DNA of 34,576 bases from Hyphomicrobiales bacterium (GTDB lineage Bacteria; Pseudomonadota; Alphaproteobacteria; Rhizobiales; Devosiaceae), in assembly GCA_028290345.1 (NCBI GenBank), contig JAQGKB010000315.1, positions 1 to 34,576 on the forward strand, in the 5' to 3' direction. A program made the position numbers and the translations under genes. The first letter of the stretch is position 1. Each line of letters opens with the position of its first letter. The notes under the pieces are model-generated. The model saw only the letters and a list, made by a program, of their open reading frames with translations. It was not told the DNA's origin and did not search any database. Shown in pieces: positions 8,560-18,351 of the stretch.

Positions 8560-9468
8560 TCAGGCGCGGGCGCCGAATCGCCGCGCCAATCGACCTCGTG
8601 CCGCCCCCCGGACGGCAAAAAGGCCGCCTTCCTCTGGGTGGTCCGCCAGGTGTGCGTCATTTAGTCCGAACCGCGCCGAGGTGACGTAGAGCACATCGAG
8701 ATCGAGGTCGCCAAAGCAGCAACTGGTCGGCGACGAACACGGCAAGTCGACGATCCTGTCGACGGCGCCGTCGGGAGCGAAGCGAACAAGGCACCCGCCG
8801 CCCGCGACCCGGCAGTTCCACACAAAACCTTCCACATCGAGGCACGAGCCATCAGGAAGGCCACGTGCTAACGGCGCAGCGAAAGATCGGGAATTGTCGA
8901 GCCGGCAACCGCTGGGGTCCAGCTCGTAGGCCAGCAGCGCATTCCTGGAAGTGTCGGCGGTGACAAAGCGCCCGTCATCAAGCCACAGCATGGTGTTGGT
9001 GATACCAAACCGGTCGCTGGTCAACACCGTCAACTTGCCACTCGGCGAAATGCGCAGCAATTGTCCCTTCTCGCCGGCAATTGGCTTGGGCCGCCCGCCA
9101 TCGGTCAGGTTGTTCTGCATGGTGCCGACCCAATAGGAACCGTCAGGGGCCACCTGTCCTTCATTGAGCCGATTGTCGGGCAGATCTGGTTCGATCTCCG
9201 CCAGGGTCTCGAAGCCGGCTTCTGCATCCCACAACACCACGCGCTTCATGAGCCCGAGGATCAGGCGCCCGTCCTGGCAAAGCCCGATCGAGGTCGGCCG
9301 CTCTGGGGGCACGATCACCTGATGCTGGCCAGTCGCGAGTGCCAGGCGATGCACCCGGATACCGCCAATATCAACCCAGTGCAGGGTGCCGGTCCGTTCG
9401 TCCCACACCACCGACTCGCCGACGCTGTCGCGCGCATCGAGGACCAGTTCGACTTCGGCTCCGCTCAT
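8560..9468 (-). CDS. SMP-30/gluconolactonase/LRE family lactonase
   Basis: 302 aa. N-terminal GESVVWDERTGTLHWVDI motif and repeated propeller-blade pattern typical of the SGL domain. The start overlaps the upstream stop (ATGA at 9465-9468). Confidence 0.85.
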   Translation of the reverse strand: MSGAEVELVLDARDSVGESVVWDERTGTLHWVDIGGIRVHRLALATGQHQVIVPPERPTSIGLCQDGRLILGLMKRVVLWDAEAGFETLAEIEPDLPDNRLNEGQVAPDGSYWVGTMQNNLTDGGRPKPIAGEKGQLLRISPSGKLTVLTSDRFGITNTMLWLDDGRFVTADTSRNALLAYELDPSGCRLDNSRSFAAPLARGLPDGSCLDVEGFVWNCRVAGGGCLVRFAPDGAVDRIVDLPCSSPTSCCFGDLDLDVLYVTSARFGLNDAHLADHPEEGGLFAVRGAARGRLARRFGARA

Positions 9469-10358
9469 GGTACGGTCACCCTGAACGTCGCCGTCGCGGC
9501 TACGGTTTGGCCGGGCTCAAGCACAGTCAATCCAGGCTGGCCGGGCAGGTTGAACGCATCTACCGGGTGGCTGACTGGCTCGAAGCAGAAGAAGTCCGCT
9601 GCCGCTCCCGGCGAATAGACAATGAAGTCCGATAGCGGCGGTGCGGCCTCGATGTCGAGGCGCAGGCCCCGCTCCGGCCAGACCGTCGAGGCCTTGCCGT
9701 TCCAGCCAGTAAAGGCATTGTTGATGAAACCCGCAGGCAGAGGGCCGAACGTGGCAAAGTCCCAGTCCGATGGGATGGTAGTCGGCCGGTCCCCCAAGGG
9801 CAGGTGCCGCTCGTCTTCCAGCCACACCGCTTGTGCAGGCGCCAGCAACTGCGTCTCGGGGCTGCGAACCAGCCAGGGGTGAAAACCCACGCCAAAGGGG
9901 AGCGTCGCGTCGCCCCGGTTTTCGACGTCGAGCGACATCGTCAGTCTGCCGCCGCCGACGCCATAGGCCAATTCCGCAGCATAGCGAAACGGCCCGGGAC
10001 CGGTGGACTCTAGCGTCAGCACGGCCATTCTCCGGCTTTGTTCAGTGATCTGCCACGCGCTCGAAAAACCATTGCCGTGGACCGGAAATACTTCACCGGT
10101 AAGATTGGGCTCGAGCGGGTAACGCGTGCCGCCAAAGCTGAAGCCGCCGCCCGAAACCCGGTTCGACCATGGCACCAGCACGATCGAAGCCAGATCAAAC
10201 GGACGGCGTGCCCCGCCCTCCGGCTCCGGGCGGAATAGCGGTTCGCGCATGCCTCGTGCGATATAGTCGAAACGGCGCAGACCTGCCCCCATGGCCGGCG
10301 TGATGACGGCCTCTACCACTCCGTCGGAAATAGCAAAACTATCCTGTGCGGTAGCCAT
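9465..10358 (-). CDS. aldose 1-epimerase family protein (mutarotase-like)
   Basis: The 571-aa track ORF is a read-through. The ATG at 10358 (MATAQDSF...) gives 297 aa and shares one base with the SDR stop (TGATG). Motifs HGNGFSSAW, GFHPW and CFEP are typical of Aldose_epim. Confidence 0.8.
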   Translation of the reverse strand: MATAQDSFAISDGVVEAVITPAMGAGLRRFDYIARGMREPLFRPEPEGGARRPFDLASIVLVPWSNRVSGGGFSFGGTRYPLEPNLTGEVFPVHGNGFSSAWQITEQSRRMAVLTLESTGPGPFRYAAELAYGVGGGRLTMSLDVENRGDATLPFGVGFHPWLVRSPETQLLAPAQAVWLEDERHLPLGDRPTTIPSDWDFATFGPLPAGFINNAFTGWNGKASTVWPERGLRLDIEAAPPLSDFIVYSPGAAADFFCFEPVSHPVDAFNLPGQPGLTVLEPGQTVAATATFRVTVP

Positions 10359-11113
10359 CAGAAGCCGCCGTCCACCGGCAGATTGTGGCCCGTGATCATG
10401 TCCGATGCGGGCGACACCAGAAACAGCACCGCCTCGGCGATCGCCGTTGGCGCGATGCGCTGCTTGAGGCACTGATTTTCCAACACCCAATCGTTGTACT
10501 GCTGCAGCCGGTCGCCGAAAATCCGTTCCTCGGCTTCGGAGACTACCGCTCCGGGAGCGACGGCGTTGACCCGGATGCCGAACGGCCCCAATTCGCGCGC
10601 CAGCGATTTCGTCAGTCCCAGCAGTGCGCTTTTCGAGACGACATAGGGTACATAGCCGTTCCAGCGGCCGTTCTGCGTCACCGAGCAAAGATTGACGATC
10701 TTGCCATAGTGCTTGGCCTTCATCCCCGGCGCCAATGCCTGGGCGAGTACGAAGCCAGCCGATGAATTGATCCGGATCTGGTCTTCGTATTCGGCGATCG
10801 AGAATTCCTCGAACGGCCGGTTGACGATGTGGGCGGCGTTGTTGATGAGAATGTCGAAGCCGCCATGGCTGTCCGTGAGCTTGCGCGCCGCTGCTGTCGT
10901 GCCCTCGAGATCGTTCAGGTCCTGCCCGACGAACTCCACCTTGCGGCCCGAGGCATCGGCAAGGCGCTTTGCAAGACCAGGGCCGTCTGGATGGTCGGGC
11001 CGGTCGAGCAGCAGCAGGTTGGCGCCCTCCTCCGCCAGACGCTGCGCCTGCGCGCGTCCCAAGGTGCCGAGCGCTCCTGTGAGCAGAACCGTCTTTCCGT
11101 TGAGTATGCCCAT
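10358..11113 (-). CDS. classical short-chain dehydrogenase/reductase (SDR)
   Basis: ATG at 11113 (MGILNGKTVLLTG...) gives 251 aa. Motifs TGALGTLG (TGxxxGxG), NNAA and YVVSK (YxxxK). Confidence 0.88.
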   Translation of the reverse strand: MGILNGKTVLLTGALGTLGRAQAQRLAEEGANLLLLDRPDHPDGPGLAKRLADASGRKVEFVGQDLNDLEGTTAAARKLTDSHGGFDILINNAAHIVNRPFEEFSIAEYEDQIRINSSAGFVLAQALAPGMKAKHYGKIVNLCSVTQNGRWNGYVPYVVSKSALLGLTKSLARELGPFGIRVNAVAPGAVVSEAEERIFGDRLQQYNDWVLENQCLKQRIAPTAIAEAVLFLVSPASDMITGHNLPVDGGF

Positions 11114-11121
11114 GGCGATCC

Positions 11122-12321
11122 CTACTGCGTGTCCGTGGTCCGGCGGGTAATGGTGAAGCGGTCGTCCAGGTCGGGCGCAAGTTCGAGGCCGAGCCCCGGG
11201 GTTTTCGGCACCGAAATCATGCCGTTCTCGACGGTCGGCAGTTCGGTGACGAGGTCGCGATACCAGGTGCGGTAATAGGCCCGTACGCTCTCCTGGAACA
11301 CCGCATTGGGCGCGTTGAGCGACAGGTGCGTCGATGCCATCAGGACCACCGGGCCGGTGCAATCGTGCGGGGCCACGGGCAAGTGCCATGCTTCGGCCAT
11401 GCCGGCGATTTTCTTCGCCTCCGACAGCCCGCCGCACCAGGCGATGTCAAGCATCACCACACCCGCCGCGCCGGTCTCCAACATGTCGCGGACCGCATAG
11501 CGGCTGCCCAGCGTCTCGGAGGCGCAGATCGGCGCAGTCGAGGCCTCGGCGTAGCGTTTGAGGCTGCCCAGGCTATCCATCTTGATCGGGTCTTCGTGCC
11601 AGTAGGTGTTGAATGGGGCGAGCGCCCGCGCGATTTGCATCGCCGGCAGGAGCTGCCACATCGAGTGGAACTCGACCATGATGTCCATGCGGTCACCGAC
11701 CCGGGCGCGGATTTTTTCGAACGGTTTCAGCGCCGCCGCGAGGTCCTCGCCCGAGATATAGGTGCCCTCCGATTTTTCGGCGGCGGCATCGAAGGGCCAG
11801 ATTTTCATGGCACTGATGCCCTCTTCGAGCAGTTCTTCCGCAAGATCGTCGGCGTGGTTCAAGAACCCGTTGAGGTCGTCATAGCCGCTGTTGCGGGCGC
11901 CAATGCCGTAATTGGCGACCTTCTGCCCGGCACTGGTTCGCATGTACTGGCTGCCGGCGCAGGTGTTGTAGGTGCGGATCCTGTCGCGGGCAAAGCCGCC
12001 CAGCAATTGCGCCACCGGCTGCCCGGTGACCTTGCCGAAAATGTCCCACAGCGCGATATCAACGGCTGAATTGCCCCGCACTTCAGCGCCGGTCGAACGG
12101 AACCCGAGATAGCCGGTGAGGTCCTTGGCGATCTTTTCGATGGCCAGCGGATCGCGCCCGAGGAGCCGCGGCGCCACTACTTCGTGCAGGTAGGCCTCCA
12201 CTGTCTTGGGCATGAAGAAGGTCTCACCGAGCCCGGTGATGCCTTCGTCCGTATGCACCTGAACCCACAGGATGTTGGAAAACTCCTCGATCCTGACGGT
12301 TTCGATCCCGGTGATCTTCAT
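11122..12321 (-). CDS. enolase-superfamily enzyme (mandelate racemase/muconate lactonizing family), probable acid-sugar dehydratase
   Basis: 399 aa. N-terminal capping domain MKITGIETVRIEE...GITGLGE. Barrel-domain candidate ligand motifs MVEFH, YWHEDP, ICASET and PHDCTG. Confidence 0.85.
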   Translation of the reverse strand: MKITGIETVRIEEFSNILWVQVHTDEGITGLGETFFMPKTVEAYLHEVVAPRLLGRDPLAIEKIAKDLTGYLGFRSTGAEVRGNSAVDIALWDIFGKVTGQPVAQLLGGFARDRIRTYNTCAGSQYMRTSAGQKVANYGIGARNSGYDDLNGFLNHADDLAEELLEEGISAMKIWPFDAAAEKSEGTYISGEDLAAALKPFEKIRARVGDRMDIMVEFHSMWQLLPAMQIARALAPFNTYWHEDPIKMDSLGSLKRYAEASTAPICASETLGSRYAVRDMLETGAAGVVMLDIAWCGGLSEAKKIAGMAEAWHLPVAPHDCTGPVVLMASTHLSLNAPNAVFQESVRAYYRTWYRDLVTELPTVENGMISVPKTPGLGLELAPDLDDRFTITRRTTDTQ

Positions 12322-12333
12322 GGGCAGCCCTAC

Positions 12334-13077
12334 CTAGTTGATGCCTGCGTTCAGCAGGGCTTTGACGCTGTCGTCGAAATGGTCGGCCATGGCCTTGGCT
12401 GCGGCCCCCGGATCGCCCGCTGCAATCGCATCGGCGATAATCTTGTGGCCTTCGACGGTGCGCATGCGGTCGGCCTCGGTGCGGCGGCTGGTCCAGCTCA
12501 CCCGCCAGGTCTGGCGCGTCACTGCCTCGAACGAACGCACGATGAGGTCGAACATCGGGTTTCGCGAGGCGCGGCCAATGGCGATGTGAAAGGCGATGTC
12601 GTGCTCCATCACCCGCTCCGGCTGCGCATAATCGGCGTACATCTCGGCCACCAACTCCAGGATATGCTCAGCCTCGGCCGCGGTTCGTCGCACCGCCGCC
12701 AGCTCGACCGTGCGCATCTCGATCGTCCGCCGCACGTCGTAAATCTGTTGGATCGAGACGTGCTCGGTGAGCACCGCATGGTCGACTATGAGGCCCAGCA
12801 CGTCGCCATCCGGAACCCGCACCCGAGGCCGCCTGCCATTGCCGACATCGATGAGCGACAGCGCGACTAGTGATCGCAGCGCCTCGCGGATGACCGTGCG
12901 CGATACGCCGAACCTGCCGGCGAGCGCCATCTCGCTCGGCAGCGGCTGGCCAGCCTTGAGGTTCTCCGACCGCATCAAGGCGAGCATCTTGTTCATGGTC
13001 AGGGCGACCAGCGGCTGTTCGCCGTCGGCGCCTACCTCGATCCCCGAGGGAGCCAGCACTGCGTTCTCATCTGTCAT
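12334..13077 (-). CDS. GntR family transcriptional regulator (FadR/FCD subfamily)
   Basis: 247 aa. Winged HTH LPSEMALAGRFGVSRTVIREALRSL followed by an all-helical C-terminal FCD-like domain. The ATG lies only 12 nt downstream of the preceding gene's stop. Confidence 0.88.
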   Translation of the reverse strand: MTDENAVLAPSGIEVGADGEQPLVALTMNKMLALMRSENLKAGQPLPSEMALAGRFGVSRTVIREALRSLVALSLIDVGNGRRPRVRVPDGDVLGLIVDHAVLTEHVSIQQIYDVRRTIEMRTVELAAVRRTAAEAEHILELVAEMYADYAQPERVMEHDIAFHIAIGRASRNPMFDLIVRSFEAVTRQTWRVSWTSRRTEADRMRTVEGHKIIADAIAAGDPGAAAKAMADHFDDSVKALLNAGIN

Positions 13078-13089
13078 GCGTATCCCGGC

Positions 13090-14283
13090 CTATCCGACGG
13101 TCCCGAGTTTCATTTCCTGCAGGCACAGCGAATATTGGCTGCCCGGAGGATTGGGCGCCCATTCGGTGCCGAGATAGTGATTGGTGAAATTGGCTGAATA
13201 GCAAAGCCACACCGTGCGTCCATCCCCCGAAATGAATTTCGAGGGAATGTTGAGGAAATAAGCCTGCTGTCCGAAGCGCTCCATAAAGCTCACCAGTTTC
13301 CACGGTCCGGTGATCGCGTCGGACTCAAGAATATAGGAGTTGTAGCTGCTGATCGTGTTGCCGCCATCGGTGATGCAGTAGAGGTATTTCTTCAGCGGCG
13401 CATTGTAGGTGATGGTGGCGTGCCCGATCCGCCCCTGCCAGTCGAGCAGCGGCTTGATCGCCGAAAAGTCGTTGGTCCAGATTGGTTTGCCGGCGGCATC
13501 GTGGCCGCCGAAAAATTCGTAGGCGCCCGGATCGTTCATCGTCTCGGGCGACGGGGTCACCCGGCAGAGATAGGATTGATCGCCGCAGATCCAGGCGAGT
13601 TCGGCATCCGGCCGCACCGCGCCGTGCCCGACGAGGTAGGCTTTGCCATCCGGCGAATGCTGCATGTTCTTGCCGAAATCGACCACATGCGGCGTGCCGA
13701 TCTTGATCTTGCCGCCATTCTTGCCGGTTTCGCCGAAGAGCGGGTTAACCGGTGTGTGCGGAGTCTCCTCCCAAGTCTTGCCGAAATCGCGCGAGATGCG
13801 GAAACCGACGAACGGCCCAAGGATATCCCAGTTGAGCGGGCGCCCGTCTTCAGCGGTCCGCCCAGACTCATCGAGGCAATAGGTGCCGTAATACCAGATG
13901 CCATTGTGCATCAGGCTACCGCAGGGATAGCGCCCGCCATATGGCGCCGGACTGGCGTATTCGATGCCGAGGTTTTCGACCGTTAGCGCGAGCGGATCGT
14001 TGCCGATGATCCGCGCTTGCCCGGTGCCGGCGTTGCCGTCGCGACCGGCATTGGCCTCATCGCTGGCCTTGGAGGAGCAATCGAAGGGCCGCTTCATTTC
14101 CTCCCCGAAGCTGCCGTCCGTCCATGGCGTATAGAGCACGTCGTCGCTGCCCCAGGAGGGGTACCAGGTATCGGCGTTGGTGTAGTGCGCGTTTCGTCCG
14201 GTGAAGGTGATGCCGCGCAGGGTTGGCGACTGTGGAAACGGGCAATCGGTGGGAGGGGTGGATGGCCAAGTTGTGTCTGACAT
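13090..14283 (-). CDS. uncharacterised Asp-box (BNR) beta-propeller protein, sialidase/glycoside-hydrolase-like, cytoplasmic
   Basis: The track ORF runs to 14559, but the ATG at 14283 (MSDTTWPSTP...) gives 397 aa without overlapping the permease gene. Exact Asp-box SRDFGKTW (SxDxGxTW) at 13771-13794, plus degenerate copies SPDGKAY and SGDGRTVW. No signal peptide. Confidence 0.65.
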   Translation of the reverse strand: MSDTTWPSTPPTDCPFPQSPTLRGITFTGRNAHYTNADTWYPSWGSDDVLYTPWTDGSFGEEMKRPFDCSSKASDEANAGRDGNAGTGQARIIGNDPLALTVENLGIEYASPAPYGGRYPCGSLMHNGIWYYGTYCLDESGRTAEDGRPLNWDILGPFVGFRISRDFGKTWEETPHTPVNPLFGETGKNGGKIKIGTPHVVDFGKNMQHSPDGKAYLVGHGAVRPDAELAWICGDQSYLCRVTPSPETMNDPGAYEFFGGHDAAGKPIWTNDFSAIKPLLDWQGRIGHATITYNAPLKKYLYCITDGGNTISSYNSYILESDAITGPWKLVSFMERFGQQAYFLNIPSKFISGDGRTVWLCYSANFTNHYLGTEWAPNPPGSQYSLCLQEMKLGTVG

Positions 14284-14315
14284 GTTCGATCTCGTTTGTG
14301 GAAAGGCCGGGTGAG

Positions 14316-15316
14316 TCAGCGGTACCGGATCTGGTTCCATCGATGCCCGAGCAGGGACAGGATGATGATCAGCCCGTTGAAGAACTGCACGTAGAACCCG
14401 GAAAGGCCGCCGGCGACGATGCCGGTCTGGATGAAGGAGACGATCACCGCGCCGATGGCGCCGCCGGCAACCGTACCGACGCCGCCCCAGGTCGGGGTGC
14501 CTCCCACGAACACCGCTGCCAGCGTCGGCAGCAGGTAGGCGTCGCCCGCCGATGGCCACCAGGTGAAGTTGATCATGGTGGAGAAGACGCCCGCCAGGGC
14601 CGAACCGAGCCCCATGAACACGAAGGTCGCGACCCGGATGCGCTTGGTATCGATGCCCATCTGCGCCGCGCTATCCGGGTTGTCGCCGACAGCACGCACG
14701 CGCACGCCGAAGCGGTGGCGATTATAGAGGAAGATCGCGACGAGCACGAAGATCACCGCCCACACCACCTGGATCGGAAAGCCGCCGACGGAACTCGAGA
14801 AGAGATTGTAGGCCAACGTATCGCCGAGGCTCGAAAGCGAGATCGATTTTCCCTCCGTGGGGATCATGATCAGCCCGCGCAGCAGGAAATTCATGCCGAG
14901 CGTCGCCACCAGCGACGATAGCCCCGCATAGACGACGACGATGCCCACCCCCAATCCGAGCGCCATGCCGACGATGACGGCGGCGATCATTCCGAGGAAC
15001 GGATCAAACCCCGCCTGCACCACCAGCGCGAAGATCCACGCCGAAAACCCCATCGTCGCCGGAAAGGACAGGTCGATCTCGCCGACCGTAACGATGAAGA
15101 CCAGCGGCACCACCAGGAACAGCGCGACCGGCAGGGTCTGCAGCACGGAATTGTAGATCGGCCATTGCGAGAAGATCCTTGGCGCGAAGGCAAAAAAGAT
15201 CACCATCATCACCACGAACACGGCCAGCGTTCCGAGCGAGGCGCGATTGCCGCCCACGAACTGGCGCAGGCCGTTGGGCTGCTCGGCGGGTAGCTTCTGT
15301 TCGACGATGCTGGCCA

Positions 15317-15320
<4 letters not shown>
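14316..15320 (-). CDS. sugar ABC transporter permease (RbsC/branched type, CUT2-like)
   Basis: 334 aa, about 9-10 hydrophobic helices, BPD_transp_2-like. The start overlaps the ATPase stop (ATGA at 15317-15320). Confidence 0.88.
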
Positions 15321-16111
<791 letters not shown>

Positions 16112-16141
16112 GAACCTGTCTCCTGTTGCTGATGAACCAAT

Positions 16142-16169
16142 GCGAGGCGGTCGCTGGCGCCCGCCTCGC
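16142..16169 (-). promoter_or_regulatory. intercistronic stem-loop between the sugar SBP and ATPase genes
   Basis: 9-bp perfect stem GCGAGGCGG (16142-16150) / CCGCCTCGC (16161-16169) with a 10-nt loop. Lies in the 75-nt gap after the SBP stop. Weak U-tract on the transcribed strand (ATTGGTT). Confidence 0.5.
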
Positions 16170-16186
16170 TGTTCAGCAGGATGCGG

Positions 16187-17212
16187 CTAGCGCAGTCCCT
16201 CGGTGGCGAGATCGGCCACGGTCTTGTAGTTGTCCGGGGTAACGAACCCCGCACCGGTATCGACGTTCATCGCGCCGAGCCCATAGACGACCTGCTGGCA
16301 CAAGCTGAGGATCGGCATGTAGCCCTGCAGGAACGGCTGCTGGTCAGAGGTCAACTGCACCCAGTTGTCCTTGAACGCCGAGACGATCTGCGGGCTGGTA
16401 TCGAACCCGATATTGGCGATCTCGCCCGCCTTCTTGCCGACAGTCTTCATGTAAACGGCGGCATTGCCGAGCATCTGGCCTCCGGGATACCCGATCAGCT
16501 TGGTTTCGGGATTGGCGAGCAGCCCGGCGCTGATCACCGGGATGGCAAGGTTCGGGTCACCCGCCATATCAGGCGTGCCATTGAGCTTGACCACCTTGAC
16601 CCCGGCGGCCTCGAGCCCTTTGACGGTCGAGAGTTCGCGCACGACACGGGTTTCCTGCGACCAATCGGCAATCACGATCGCCGTATCGCCCTTTTTGAGC
16701 CCGAACTGGCGGACTGCCTGCTCGGCCAAGGCCCTACCCTGCGGCTCGAGATTGGCGCCGACATAGCCGCCGCCGAACTTGGCCCGCACTTCGGGCACGT
16801 CGACGTTCTGGTACATCATCTTGATGCCGGCCTTGGCGGCAAGTTCCGCCAGCGGCATGATCGCGGAGGGGCCTGGATGGCCCATCATGGCGATGCCGTT
16901 CGGAGCCGACGCGATGGCTTCGCGCAATTGCTGCACCATCTTTTCAACCTGCCAGCCCGAAAACACGTATTCGACCTGCGCACCGGTATCGGCCGCAGCT
17001 TGCTTCGCGCCATTGTAGACGATGGAACCGAAGGCATCGCCCTCGGCGCCGCCGACGAAGAAGCGGATCTTCACGTCCTTGCACCACTTGTCGCGCAGGG
17101 CGTCGGCCTGCGCGGGCGTCGCGCTGGTCAAGGCCAGCAGAGTGGCTGCGGAAACTGCACCCAATACGAGTCCGCCCAACCGGCGGGCGTGGGCGCGCGT
17201 TGTAGATTTCAT
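16187..17212 (-). CDS. sugar ABC transporter substrate-binding protein (periplasmic binding protein type 1)
   Basis: ATG at 17212 (MKSTTRAHARRLGG...) is preceded by AGGGAGGA and gives 341 aa. Signal peptide ends ATPAQA. Alternating beta/alpha PBP1 pattern. Confidence 0.85.
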   Translation of the reverse strand: MKSTTRAHARRLGGLVLGAVSAATLLALTSATPAQADALRDKWCKDVKIRFFVGGAEGDAFGSIVYNGAKQAAADTGAQVEYVFSGWQVEKMVQQLREAIASAPNGIAMMGHPGPSAIMPLAELAAKAGIKMMYQNVDVPEVRAKFGGGYVGANLEPQGRALAEQAVRQFGLKKGDTAIVIADWSQETRVVRELSTVKGLEAAGVKVVKLNGTPDMAGDPNLAIPVISAGLLANPETKLIGYPGGQMLGNAAVYMKTVGKKAGEIANIGFDTSPQIVSAFKDNWVQLTSDQQPFLQGYMPILSLCQQVVYGLGAMNVDTGAGFVTPDNYKTVADLATEGLR

Positions 17213-17417
17213 AGAATCCTCCCTGGATATCGATGCTACCGGCCAAATGGCGCGGCAGTAGCTCGGTGCGATCCGGTGCGCCTCCACGCTTACGGTTCGC
17301 ACGTATTCTCCCGTGTCTTCTACATCAGCAAGTGTCTAGCCTGTCGGCAATATGGACACATGCTGTCATACAGGTTTGTGGTTTGGCAAGCCTCCTTTGC
17401 TTTATTTTGGCGCGCGG

Positions 17418-18320
17418 TCACGCCGGATCGGCCACAAAGTCGCCGCCCCGGCAATCCTTGAGGTAGTTGAGGGCACGAACCTGCCCGGTCATTTCGAGTT
17501 CATTGCGATAGACCGGATCGTGCCAGCCCTCGATGTCGATCGACCCGGACCAGCCGGCGAGTCGGAGCTCTGAAATGATGTCCACCCAGTTGCTGTCGCC
17601 GAACCCTGGCGTGCGCATGAACACGAACTTCTCCTTGCCGAAGATGCCGTGCTCGCGGATCACTTCCCAACGCACCGTCGCGTCCTTGCCGTGCACGTGG
17701 AAGAACTTGTGCGCCCATTTACGGATCTGCGGCAGCGGATCGATGAGATAAACCAGTTGGTGGCAGGGCTCCCATTCGAGCCCGATATTGTCGCTCGGCA
17801 GCGCGTTGAAGATCAGTTCCCACGCATCGGGGTTGTGCGCGATGTTCCAGTCGCCCGACGCCCAGTTGCCGTCCATGGCGCAGTTCTCGAAGGCGATCCT
17901 GACGCCCTTATCCGCCGCGCGCTTGGCCAGATCCCCCCAGATTTGCTTGTAGCGCGGCAGGCTCTCCTCGATCGGTTTGCCGCGCACCCGCCCGGTGAAG
18001 CCGGCAACACAGGTGGCGCCGAAATGATGCGCGTTGTCGATGGCATCCTTCCAGGCGGCCAGCGTCGTCAGGTCCGCCTCGCGCTCCTCAAGCGGATTGC
18101 CGAACACGCCGAGCGTGGAGATGGTGATGTCACGATTGCCGATGGCATCGAGCGAGCGCTTGCCCAGTTCGGCAAGGTCTTGCCCGTTGGTGGTCTGCCA
18201 GAAGAATGGCTCAAAACTCTCAAAACCCAAATCGGCGATCTTGGCGATCCGCTCGGCCGAGCCGGGCTCGGAGGCCTTGATCATGGTGCCGACGCGGATG
18301 GCTTTGGCGGGGTTGGTCAC
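17418..18320 (-). CDS. sugar phosphate isomerase/epimerase family protein (xylose-isomerase-like TIM barrel)
   Basis: The 412-aa track ORF runs through the REP element. A GTG at 18320 preceded by GAGAGGA gives 300 aa (VTNPAKAIRVGTMIK...). The alternative ATG at 18284 would remove the first beta-strand. Confidence 0.8.
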   Translation of the reverse strand: MTNPAKAIRVGTMIKASEPGSAERIAKIADLGFESFEPFFWQTTNGQDLAELGKRSLDAIGNRDITISTLGVFGNPLEEREADLTTLAAWKDAIDNAHHFGATCVAGFTGRVRGKPIEESLPRYKQIWGDLAKRAADKGVRIAFENCAMDGNWASGDWNIAHNPDAWELIFNALPSDNIGLEWEPCHQLVYLIDPLPQIRKWAHKFFHVHGKDATVRWEVIREHGIFGKEKFVFMRTPGFGDSNWVDIISELRLAGWSGSIDIEGWHDPVYRNELEMTGQVRALNYLKDCRGGDFVADPA

Positions 18321-18351
18321 GGAAATTGTCCTCTCGGGATTGAGTTCTTGG

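Noticed and set aside
9465-11180. 571-aa ORF read as one protein
   Set aside because: The N-terminal ~270 aa overlap the SDR gene in another frame and are Arg/Pro/Gly-rich junk. The epimerase-like domain begins at the ATG at 10358, which is coupled to the SDR stop.
17213-17417. Second LacI operator or internal promoter in the 205-nt gap before the sugar SBP gene
   Set aside because: Only a non-palindromic partial half-site (CGAACCGTAAGCG on the minus strand) is present. There is no convincing -35/-10 pair, so it was left unannotated.
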